Shown one piece after another: positions 29,345 through 36,905 of a stretch of DNA of 64,000 nucleotides (the stretch's first letter is position 1; each line of letters opens with the position of its first letter). This stretch comes from Gemmatimonadota bacterium (GTDB taxonomy: Bacteria > Latescibacterota > UBA2968 > UBA8231). The notes under the pieces were generated by a model. It made no database searches. It worked only from the letters and a program-made list of their open reading frames with translations, and was not told the DNA's origin. The stretch lies in contig JAYOYH010000007.1 in assembly GCA_038153405.1 (NCBI GenBank), positions 1 through 64,000 of the forward strand, read 5' to 3'. The translations under genes and the position numbers were made by a program.

Positions 29345-31212
29345 AGCGCAGTTGGATTTGGATTGTTGCGGCGTGTCTGCTGGTCTACGCCAATTCGTTT
29401 GAAAATAGCTTTCACTACGACGACGAGCACTCCGTTTACGACAATATCCACATTCGCGACTTGGGTCATATCGGTCGCTTTTTTACCGATCCTGCGACTT
29501 TTTCGGTCGACCACGACAAGGGCATGTATCGACCGCTGCTGTTGGTCAGCTATGCGCTCAACTACGCCGTTGGTGGTTATGAGGTGGGCGGTTACCACTT
29601 GGTCAATATCCTACTGCACGCAGCTAATGCCTGCCTGCTGTGGGCGCTGGTATGGGCGATGGGGGGCGGGCGCCGGGCCGCTCTGATGGCCGGTTTGCTC
29701 TTTGCCCTACACCCACTGGGCAGCGAGCCTGTAAACTACATCAGCTCGCGCTCAGAGAGCCTGGCCGCGCTCTTCTACCTAGGCGGGCTGTGGTCCTTTG
29801 TAATGGCCTCTCAGAGGGAAGATCGCGCCTATCGAGTGTTTTCCTGGTGCTGTTTGCTGTGCGGGCTCTTGAGCAAGTCGAGCGCCATTACTTTACCCGC
29901 CGTGCTCCTGCTGTATGAAATACTCGTCCTTCGAGGCAAAGGGGGCTGGCGTTTGGGGCGCGATGTGCTGCGGCGCCACGGGCCCTATTGGATTGCGGTG
30001 TTCGGCTATATCCTAATTATTGTGGCCAACCGCTTTTTAACTACTTCGCTGTCCAAGCGCGTGCGTGGGATGGACGAGCAGCTACCGACGCAGATCAAGG
30101 CGCTGGCCTACTACGCCAAGTTGTTGGTCTGGCCTCATGGGTTGAACGTGGAGCACCAATTCGCCGTTTCAACCGGGGCTGACGCGGCCGTATGGCCGGC
30201 GGCGCTGCTGTTGGCCACAGTTGCCCTGGGCCTGCTGTGGCTGCAGCGCAAAAACATGCGGGCCCTGCTGTTTTTCAACAGTTGGGCCTTGGTCGCGCTC
30301 CTTCCGGTAGTCGTTATGCCTCTCAATGTGCTAGTCAACGAGCGCCGCCTCTATTTACCCGCTGCCGCTTTCTGTGCGGCGCTGGCCCTTCTGCTGCACC
30401 GGCCTGCCATGCGCCGGTATACACTAACGATTGGCGGTGCCGTGCTGGTAGTCTATGCCGCCCTAACCTGGCAGCGCAATGCGGCTTGGAAAAATGACTT
30501 TACTCTGTGGGAAGATGCCGTATCCAAGGCGCCGCAGATGCCGCGCGTCCACGTGTATATGGGGAATGCCCACAAAGATGCTGCGTTTTTTCAACGGGCA
30601 GGTAGCTCGCAGGCCAACGCGCACTGGGATCAGGCCCGTGCGGCCTACCGCCGCGCCCTCGAACTGCAGCCCAGCGGCGAACTGGCCCTGCGCGCCTTAA
30701 ACAATTTGGGTGCGGTGAGCTTTGTGCTGCGCGATATCGAGGGCGCCGAACGAGCCTATCTGCGCGCCGTCGAACTTAATCCGGACTTTGCCGATGCGTT
30801 GGTCAATCTGGGCACGGTCTATCACGAGCGCGGGCGCAATACCAGCGGTATCCAGGGAAGGGAACTGCTCGGTACGTCCGTTGAATACTATCGCCGCGCG
30901 CTTAAGCAGTTGCCCAACCACGCCGATGCATGGGCCAATCTGGGGTTGGCCTATTTCGATATGGGCGATTTGGAAGGGGCGCGGCGGGCCTATGACCGGG
31001 CCCTGTTTCTCAATCCGCGCAACGAGCGCCTAGTGCATAACTTCGGCAATTACTACGCCGCACTGGCGCAGCAATCCCAAGGAGCGGAACGGCAGCGCAA
31101 TCTATTAGAAGCCCGCAAGCAGTTTCAGCAGGCCCTGCGCCTCAATCCGGCCTATAATGCTCCGCGCAGTGGGTTGCAATATATCGAAGAAGCCCTAAAG
31201 CAACGGCCATGA
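29341..31212 (+). CDS. TMTC-like GT-C/TPR protein, paralog 8
   Basis: FHYDD, MYRPL, HPLGSEPVNYISSRSE, PLNVLVNERRLYLP, QRNAAW; ATGA coupling. Confidence 0.82.
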   Translation: MKRSWIWIVAACLLVYANSFENSFHYDDEHSVYDNIHIRDLGHIGRFFTDPATFSVDHDKGMYRPLLLVSYALNYAVGGYEVGGYHLVNILLHAANACLLWALVWAMGGGRRAALMAGLLFALHPLGSEPVNYISSRSESLAALFYLGGLWSFVMASQREDRAYRVFSWCCLLCGLLSKSSAITLPAVLLLYEILVLRGKGGWRLGRDVLRRHGPYWIAVFGYILIIVANRFLTTSLSKRVRGMDEQLPTQIKALAYYAKLLVWPHGLNVEHQFAVSTGADAAVWPAALLLATVALGLLWLQRKNMRALLFFNSWALVALLPVVVMPLNVLVNERRLYLPAAAFCAALALLLHRPAMRRYTLTIGGAVLVVYAALTWQRNAAWKNDFTLWEDAVSKAPQMPRVHVYMGNAHKDAAFFQRAGSSQANAHWDQARAAYRRALELQPSGELALRALNNLGAVSFVLRDIEGAERAYLRAVELNPDFADALVNLGTVYHERGRNTSGIQGRELLGTSVEYYRRALKQLPNHADAWANLGLAYFDMGDLEGARRAYDRALFLNPRNERLVHNFGNYYAALAQQSQGAERQRNLLEARKQFQQALRLNPAYNAPRSGLQYIEEALKQRP

Positions 31213-33131
31213 AGGCGCAATATACCTCGGTGTTGAGCATTCTACTGCTGGCCTTGCTCGGTCACGTAAATAGCTTTCCCGGGGCCTTTCACTACGACGA
31301 TGCCCACTCCATTGTCGAGAACGCATCGATTCGCTCCTTTGCCCGCATCGCGGAGCTCTTCTTCGATCCCGCGCTGTTTTCCAGTGAAAAAGACATGGCC
31401 ATGTATCGGCCGCTGGTGGTGCTCAGCTATAGGGTCAACTACGCGTTAGGTGGTCTCGAGGCGGCAGGCTATATCGCCGTCAATCTGCTCTTGCACGCCT
31501 GCACAGCCGTTGTCGTGCTACTCCTACTGCAGCGCTGGTTGGCCAATGGCATCAATGCCTGGGCGCCGGCCGCCGTTTTTGCCCTGCACCCGGTGAATGG
31601 GCAGGTGGTCAACTATGTTAGCTCGCGTTCGGAAAGCATGGCTGCACTGGCCGTGTGCGCGGCGCTCTACTTTGTATTGGGCAACCGCGATCGGGCCGCC
31701 TGGTGCAGCTATGCGCTGGGTCTATTGGCCAAGTCGCAGGCCATCGTGCTGATGCCGCTGCTGCTAGTCGTGCAGTGGGGGCGCCGCCAATGGCCGACGC
31801 TGGTGCGCAGTGCTCTGCCGTTTGCCGCCATGTCTAGCGGGTATTTGGCACTCATCTACGCGAATGATTTCCTTCCGCACTCGCTGGCCCAGGATGTGCG
31901 GGCCCCCTTCGTTCAGGCCTATGCGCAGATCAAGGGGCTCGTCTATTACGTCTATCTATTTGCCTGGCCAGTGCCTTTGAGTATTGAGCATCCGCTGGAA
32001 GAATCGCAGCGGGTTGACGGAGCAGTCCTCTGCGCCGGCGCGGCGCTGTCCTCTGCGGTGTATTTGGTCTTGCGCACGCGCCATTGGCTGGGACGGGGAG
32101 TGCTGTTCTGGCTGGCGGCAATGAGTCTGACTAGCGTAGTGCCGCTCAACGTGGTAGTCAACGAACACCGACTCTATCTCGGCTCGGTTGGGCTATGTGC
32201 CCTACTGGCGGGGCTGCCCATGGGGCCCGGGCGCCGCATGGTGCGCCGTCTCGGCGTGGTCTACTTGCTCTTCCTTGCCGCTCTTGGGTGGCAGCGCAAT
32301 GCCGTATGGCAAGACGAGTATAGCCTGTGGAGCGATGCGGTAGACAAGGCGCCGAACTCATTTCGCGCTCTGAGCAATTTAGGTTTGGCCCAGCTCGAGC
32401 GCGGAGATCTGGAGGCGGCGCGCCAAACGCTGGAGCGCGCCCTCGATCTCAACCCGGAATACGGACGCACTTGGAGCAATATGGGCTTGGTCTACGAGGA
32501 GCTAGGCGCCTATGATAGAGCCGAGTCTGCCTATCGAAAGGCCGTTGCGCTGCGCCCCGATTGGACGGGATTTCGCCTCCAACTAGGGCGTCTGTACTTA
32601 GGATTGGGGCGCTATGGAGAGGCGATTGCCCTGCTGGCAGACGCTGCTGTGGGCGATGTGCACTCGGGGGCCGTGCACGCGCTGCTGGGGTTGGCCCATC
32701 AGCGTGCAGGGAGGATACAACTTGCTGTAGAGCAATATGATAAAGCAATAACATTAGGTAATTTATCAATTGAGTTATTCAATAATTTGGGGTTGGCCCG
32801 GCAGGATATTGGCGATTGGGATGGCGCGCGTCGAGCGTTTAGCCAGGCGCTAGAGCGGGCACCGGAAGATGGTCCGACTCACATCAACCTGCGCATGCTA
32901 GCATTGCGGCGATCGGGGCGGTCGCTGCTCGAGTGCTATGAGCAGCTGGTCGTGGAGTTCCCACGGCAGGCCGATCTGTGGCGCGCCTTGGCCAGCGAAT
33001 TGGCCGGCGTCGGCCGCCTTGGCGAGGCCATAGACGCCTGTCAGAAAGTGTTAGAGATCCATCCACAAGACCGCCGGGCGAGGGACAATATAATGCGCCT
33101 GCGGGCGCTGGATTCAACGCCTTCCGATTGA
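31209..33131 (+). CDS. TMTC-like GT-C/TPR protein, paralog 9
   Basis: FHYDD, MYRPL, HPVNGQVVNYVSSRSE, PLNVVVNEHRLY, QRNAVW; ATGA coupling. Confidence 0.82.
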   Translation: MKAQYTSVLSILLLALLGHVNSFPGAFHYDDAHSIVENASIRSFARIAELFFDPALFSSEKDMAMYRPLVVLSYRVNYALGGLEAAGYIAVNLLLHACTAVVVLLLLQRWLANGINAWAPAAVFALHPVNGQVVNYVSSRSESMAALAVCAALYFVLGNRDRAAWCSYALGLLAKSQAIVLMPLLLVVQWGRRQWPTLVRSALPFAAMSSGYLALIYANDFLPHSLAQDVRAPFVQAYAQIKGLVYYVYLFAWPVPLSIEHPLEESQRVDGAVLCAGAALSSAVYLVLRTRHWLGRGVLFWLAAMSLTSVVPLNVVVNEHRLYLGSVGLCALLAGLPMGPGRRMVRRLGVVYLLFLAALGWQRNAVWQDEYSLWSDAVDKAPNSFRALSNLGLAQLERGDLEAARQTLERALDLNPEYGRTWSNMGLVYEELGAYDRAESAYRKAVALRPDWTGFRLQLGRLYLGLGRYGEAIALLADAAVGDVHSGAVHALLGLAHQRAGRIQLAVEQYDKAITLGNLSIELFNNLGLARQDIGDWDGARRAFSQALERAPEDGPTHINLRMLALRRSGRSLLECYEQLVVEFPRQADLWRALASELAGVGRLGEAIDACQKVLEIHPQDRRARDNIMRLRALDSTPSD

Positions 33132-33134
33132 CAG

Positions 33135-33172
33135 AAAGGACGGTGAATCCGTTCTTTGACAGACGCTTTTTT
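33135..33172 (+). terminator. Possible weak hairpin/terminator after the TMTC-like array
   Basis: AAAGGACGG-tgaat-CCGTTCTTT stem (one G-U pair) with a T6 run shortly after. TTGACAGA occurs twice (33128, 33156), so the region may instead be the lepA promoter. Confidence 0.3.
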
Positions 33173-33210
33173 CTCCTGAATTTACAACCTGTTGAGGCAC
33201 TTACCAGAGC

Positions 33211-35010
33211 ATGGACGCATCGCGCATCCGCAACTTTTCGATTATCGCTCACATAGATCACGGCAAGTCGACGCTGGCCGATCGCCTGCTCGAAAAAACG
33301 GCCACGCTCACGCAAAAACAGATGCAGGAACAGGTCCTCGACAGCATGGACCTTGAGCGTGAACGCGGCATTACGATCAAGGCGCATGCCGTGCGCATGA
33401 ACTACCAGGCTCGCAGCGGCGAAATTTACCAGTTTAACCTTATCGACACGCCGGGTCACGTCGATTTCACCTACGAAGTGTCGCGCAGCCTGGCCGCCTG
33501 TGAGGGTGCGCTGCTCGTAGTAGACGCTACGCAGGGGGTCGAGGCGCAAACCGTGAGCAACCTGCTGCTGGCCATGAATAACGATCTGGCCATCATTCCC
33601 GTGCTCAATAAAATCGATATGCCTGCGGCACAGGTCGACTCGGTCAAGCAGCAAGTGTTGGATTTACTCGGGGGCAGCGAAGACGAGATTCTCTGCATCA
33701 GCGCCAAATCCGGGATCGGCATAGACGATGTATTGGAGGCGGTGGTCGAACGCATACCGGCGCCTACCGGCCGGCGCGAAGCGCCTCTGCGCGCGCTGAT
33801 CTTCGACTCGCTCTACGACCAGTACCGCGGTGTGATATGCTTTATTCGCGTGGTGGATGGAACCCTGCGCAAGGGGCAGAAAGTGCGCTTTTACTCGACG
33901 GGAGTCGTCTACGAAGTGGAGGAAGTGGGCACGCTGGTGCTCGATCGAGTCGCGACGCCGGAGCTGCTGGCCGGCGAAGTGGGCTATCTGACGGCCAATA
34001 TCAAGGAGCTTGACGAGGCCGGGGTGGGCGATACCGTGATGAATGTCGGCGGGGAGGACGTGCCGCCCCTACCCGGTTACCAACCGCTCAAGCCCATGGT
34101 GTTTAGCGGCATTTATCCGGTTAACCCGGATGTCTACGAGGAACTGCGCGACGCATTGGAGCGGCTCAAGCTCAACGACGCGGCCTTCTCCTACGAACCG
34201 GAGACCTCGCCCGCGCTTGGCTTTGGCTTCCGCTGCGGGTTTCTCGGCCTGCTGCACATGGAAATTATTCAGGAGCGCCTCGACCGCGAGTACCAAGTTG
34301 AAATCATCACTACGCTGCCCAATGTGCGCTACGAAGTCCTCAAGAAAAACGGCGAATTAATCGAGGTGGAAAACCCCTCTTTACTACCGCCCGCCGTAGA
34401 GATCGACGAGGTGCGCGAACCCATTCTATCGGTGCAAATACTGGCGCCGAGCGAGTTTATTGGCGCGGTGATGAAGATTTGCAACGATCGTCGAGGCCAC
34501 TATCTCAACACCGAGTATCTCGATGGCAGCCGCGCCATCCTCAGCTTTGAGCTGCCCCTTTCAGAGGTGGTTATCGACTTCTATGATCGCCTTAAGTCGT
34601 CTACGCGCGGCTACGCTTCCTTCGACTATGAGCACAAGGAAATGCGCGCTGGGCCGTTGGCCAAGCTCGATATACTCATCAACGGCGAACCACTCGACGC
34701 GCTTTCGGCCATTATTCACCGGGACAACGCCCCTGTGTGGGGTCGCAAGCTCTGTCTCAAGCTGAAAGAGCTGATTCCGCGCCAGATGTTCGAGGTCATT
34801 ATTCAGGGAGCAGTGGGCAATAAGATCATCGCGCGCGAAGTGGTGCGGCCCTTCCGCAAGAACGTCATTGCCAAGTGCTATGGGGGCGATATAACGCGCA
34901 AGCGCAAATTGCTCGAGAAGCAAAAGGAAGGCAAGAAGCGCGCCAAGCAGTTCGGCAAGGTCGAAATCCCTCAGGAGGCCTTTCTGGCCGCGCTCAAAAT
35001 GGAAGATTGA
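33211..35010 (+). CDS. lepA: Translation elongation factor 4 (LepA)
   Basis: IRNFSIIAHIDHGKSTLADR, DTPGHVDF, GFRCGFLGLLH, KCYGGDITRKRKLLEKQKEGK. Confidence 0.98.
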   Translation: MDASRIRNFSIIAHIDHGKSTLADRLLEKTATLTQKQMQEQVLDSMDLERERGITIKAHAVRMNYQARSGEIYQFNLIDTPGHVDFTYEVSRSLAACEGALLVVDATQGVEAQTVSNLLLAMNNDLAIIPVLNKIDMPAAQVDSVKQQVLDLLGGSEDEILCISAKSGIGIDDVLEAVVERIPAPTGRREAPLRALIFDSLYDQYRGVICFIRVVDGTLRKGQKVRFYSTGVVYEVEEVGTLVLDRVATPELLAGEVGYLTANIKELDEAGVGDTVMNVGGEDVPPLPGYQPLKPMVFSGIYPVNPDVYEELRDALERLKLNDAAFSYEPETSPALGFGFRCGFLGLLHMEIIQERLDREYQVEIITTLPNVRYEVLKKNGELIEVENPSLLPPAVEIDEVREPILSVQILAPSEFIGAVMKICNDRRGHYLNTEYLDGSRAILSFELPLSEVVIDFYDRLKSSTRGYASFDYEHKEMRAGPLAKLDILINGEPLDALSAIIHRDNAPVWGRKLCLKLKELIPRQMFEVIIQGAVGNKIIAREVVRPFRKNVIAKCYGGDITRKRKLLEKQKEGKKRAKQFGKVEIPQEAFLAALKMED

Positions 35011-35013
35011 GCA

Positions 35014-35721
35014 ATGGGCAAGAAGGGGGCGACCAAAGCGGCTAAGGGAACCGTTCGCCGCTCCGGTACTCGCGCGGGTCGCGCGGGTTGGCTCGGTGCC
35101 GCGCTAGCGGTTTTGGCCCTGCTTGGTGCGGTGCTGTACCTGTCTATCGCCCTGCCCTACCGCGTTCCCTCGCGCGCCATGGAAGATACCCTATTGGCGG
35201 GGGATTACCTACTGATAGAAAAGCTCAGCTATGGGGCTCGGTTGCCCTTTGCCACTGGGCGGTTTCCTGCCATGGGGCAAGTCGATGTCGGCGACGTCGT
35301 CGCATTTCACCTGCCCGAAGATCCCCAGCGGATCTATATCAAGCGCTGTATGGCTACGCAGGGACAGGTCGTGGAGATCATCGACAAAGTGCTCTACGTC
35401 GATGGCCTACGCGTCCCCGATCCGCCCTTTTCAAAATACATCGATGCGCGCGTATTGGCCCCCGAGCGCAGCACGCGCGACCATTGGGGCCCGGTTGAAG
35501 TGCCCGCCGGTAGCATCTTTCTCGTGGGCGACAACCGCGATAATAGCCGCGATAGCCGCGCTTGGGGATTTGTGCCCGTCGAAGCGTTGGTCGGACGGGC
35601 CGTTGCGGTGCTCTTTTCCCTGTATCCGCAGCCCGGCGCCGATGACGTGCCGCTGTGGGCTGCGCTGGGTGGACTCGCCGAGCGCGTGCGCTGGGAGCGT
35701 CCCGGAACCTGGGTTGATTGA
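35014..35721 (+). CDS. lepB: Signal peptidase I
   Basis: N-terminal TM, PSRAMEDTL (catalytic Ser), YIKRC (Lys), GDNRDNSRDSR; directly after lepA. Confidence 0.92.
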   Translation: MGKKGATKAAKGTVRRSGTRAGRAGWLGAALAVLALLGAVLYLSIALPYRVPSRAMEDTLLAGDYLLIEKLSYGARLPFATGRFPAMGQVDVGDVVAFHLPEDPQRIYIKRCMATQGQVVEIIDKVLYVDGLRVPDPPFSKYIDARVLAPERSTRDHWGPVEVPAGSIFLVGDNRDNSRDSRAWGFVPVEALVGRAVAVLFSLYPQPGADDVPLWAALGGLAERVRWERPGTWVD

Positions 35722-36905
35722 GCGTGCTGCGCGGCCTCTATATTCACATACCTTTCTGCCCGCAAATCTGTCCCTACTGCGCCTTCGCATCGCTGCGCGG
35801 CCGCGATCATCTACACGAACCCTATATGGCCGCTCTGCGCCTGGAACTGGAGCGCTGGGCCGAGATGCGTCCGCCCTTGCCGCTGGACACCGTATTTATC
35901 GGCGGCGGAACGCCCACTCAGATTGCCCCGGCCCTACTGGCTGATCTAATAGAAGCCGTTGACGCCGTGTTGGGCGTGGGCGACAGAGCGGAAATAACGA
36001 TTGAGGCCAATCCAGGTACCGTCGATGAGAAGGCCTTTGCCGACCTGCGCGCGGCCGGCTGCACGCGCCTGAGTTTGGGCGTGCAGTCTTTTGACGATGG
36101 CGCTCTCAAGCGGCTGGGGCGCGTGCACAGCGCCGCCGATGCCGAGCGCGCCTTTGAAAGGGCGCGCCGGGCGGGTTTTGACAACGTCAGCATAGATCTC
36201 ATCTTCAGCGTGCCCGGCGTGGGACGGGAGGTCTGGCAGAGCAGCGTGGTTAGGGCCATAGACTTGGGACCGGAGCACATATCGGCCTATGCGCTGACCA
36301 TAGAAGAGGGCACGACGTTCGCCCAACGCCAGCGCGATGGGCTCCTAATCGCACTGGGTGAAGACGAGGATGCCGAGCAGTACGAATGGACGCGTCGGCG
36401 CCTGATCGAAGCGGGATTCGATCAGTACGAAGTATCGAACTTCGCCCGCGGCGGGTTCCATTCGCGCCACAATTGGGGCTATTGGACGGGAGTTGAGTAC
36501 CTTGGCCTCGGTCTTTCGTCCCACAGTTATTTGGGGGGAGAACGCTTTTGGAATACGCGCGAAATAGATGCGTACATAGACCGGCTCAAAGGCGGTCTGT
36601 CGCCGATTGTCGGGAGCGAGCGGGTCGACGAGCAGACGGCGCGTCGCGAGCGCTTTTGGCTGGGTTTGCGGACGAGCCAAGGCGTTGCGTTGAGCGTCGA
36701 TGAAAGTGCTCTATTGGCGTCGAGTATGCGCTTTGGTCAGCTGGTCGGAGCCGGTTATCTCGCCGTGGTTGGGGGGTATTTATCCCTCGAGGAGGCGGGC
36801 TGGAGTCTGGCCGATTTGCTGGCGGTGGAAGTGACTGATATACTAGAAGAGGCACCCCTTTGCCGCGCCGCAACTTCGCAGGAAAACGGGATTAGAGGAT
36901 ATTGA
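35718..36905 (+). CDS. hemW: Radical SAM heme chaperone HemW (HemN-like)
   Basis: LYIHIPFCPQICPYC, GGGTP, TIEANP, SLGVQSF, YEVSNFA...HNWGYW. Confidence 0.92.
   Translation: MSVLRGLYIHIPFCPQICPYCAFASLRGRDHLHEPYMAALRLELERWAEMRPPLPLDTVFIGGGTPTQIAPALLADLIEAVDAVLGVGDRAEITIEANPGTVDEKAFADLRAAGCTRLSLGVQSFDDGALKRLGRVHSAADAERAFERARRAGFDNVSIDLIFSVPGVGREVWQSSVVRAIDLGPEHISAYALTIEEGTTFAQRQRDGLLIALGEDEDAEQYEWTRRRLIEAGFDQYEVSNFARGGFHSRHNWGYWTGVEYLGLGLSSHSYLGGERFWNTREIDAYIDRLKGGLSPIVGSERVDEQTARRERFWLGLRTSQGVALSVDESALLASSMRFGQLVGAGYLAVVGGYLSLEEAGWSLADLLAVEVTDILEEAPLCRAATSQENGIRGY

Larger units (their letters stand above)
14095..33131 (+). repeat. Tandem gene array: nine diverged paralogs of about 1.8-2.2 kb each
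   Basis: The same ordered motifs recur in all nine ORFs. Short DNA blocks are still recognisable (e.g. atgtaycgnccgctg...agctatgcgctcaaytaygcc in copies 1, 6 and 8), with synonymous differences. Confidence 0.93.

Noticed and set aside
14095..33131. TMTC-like array as an assembly artefact or recent amplification
   Set aside because: The copies differ extensively in protein sequence, length and synonymous sites, and all junctions are distinct and in frame.
32884..33654. 256-aa minus-strand ORF
   Set aside because: It is an antisense shadow of lepA and paralog 9 with no recognisable motifs.
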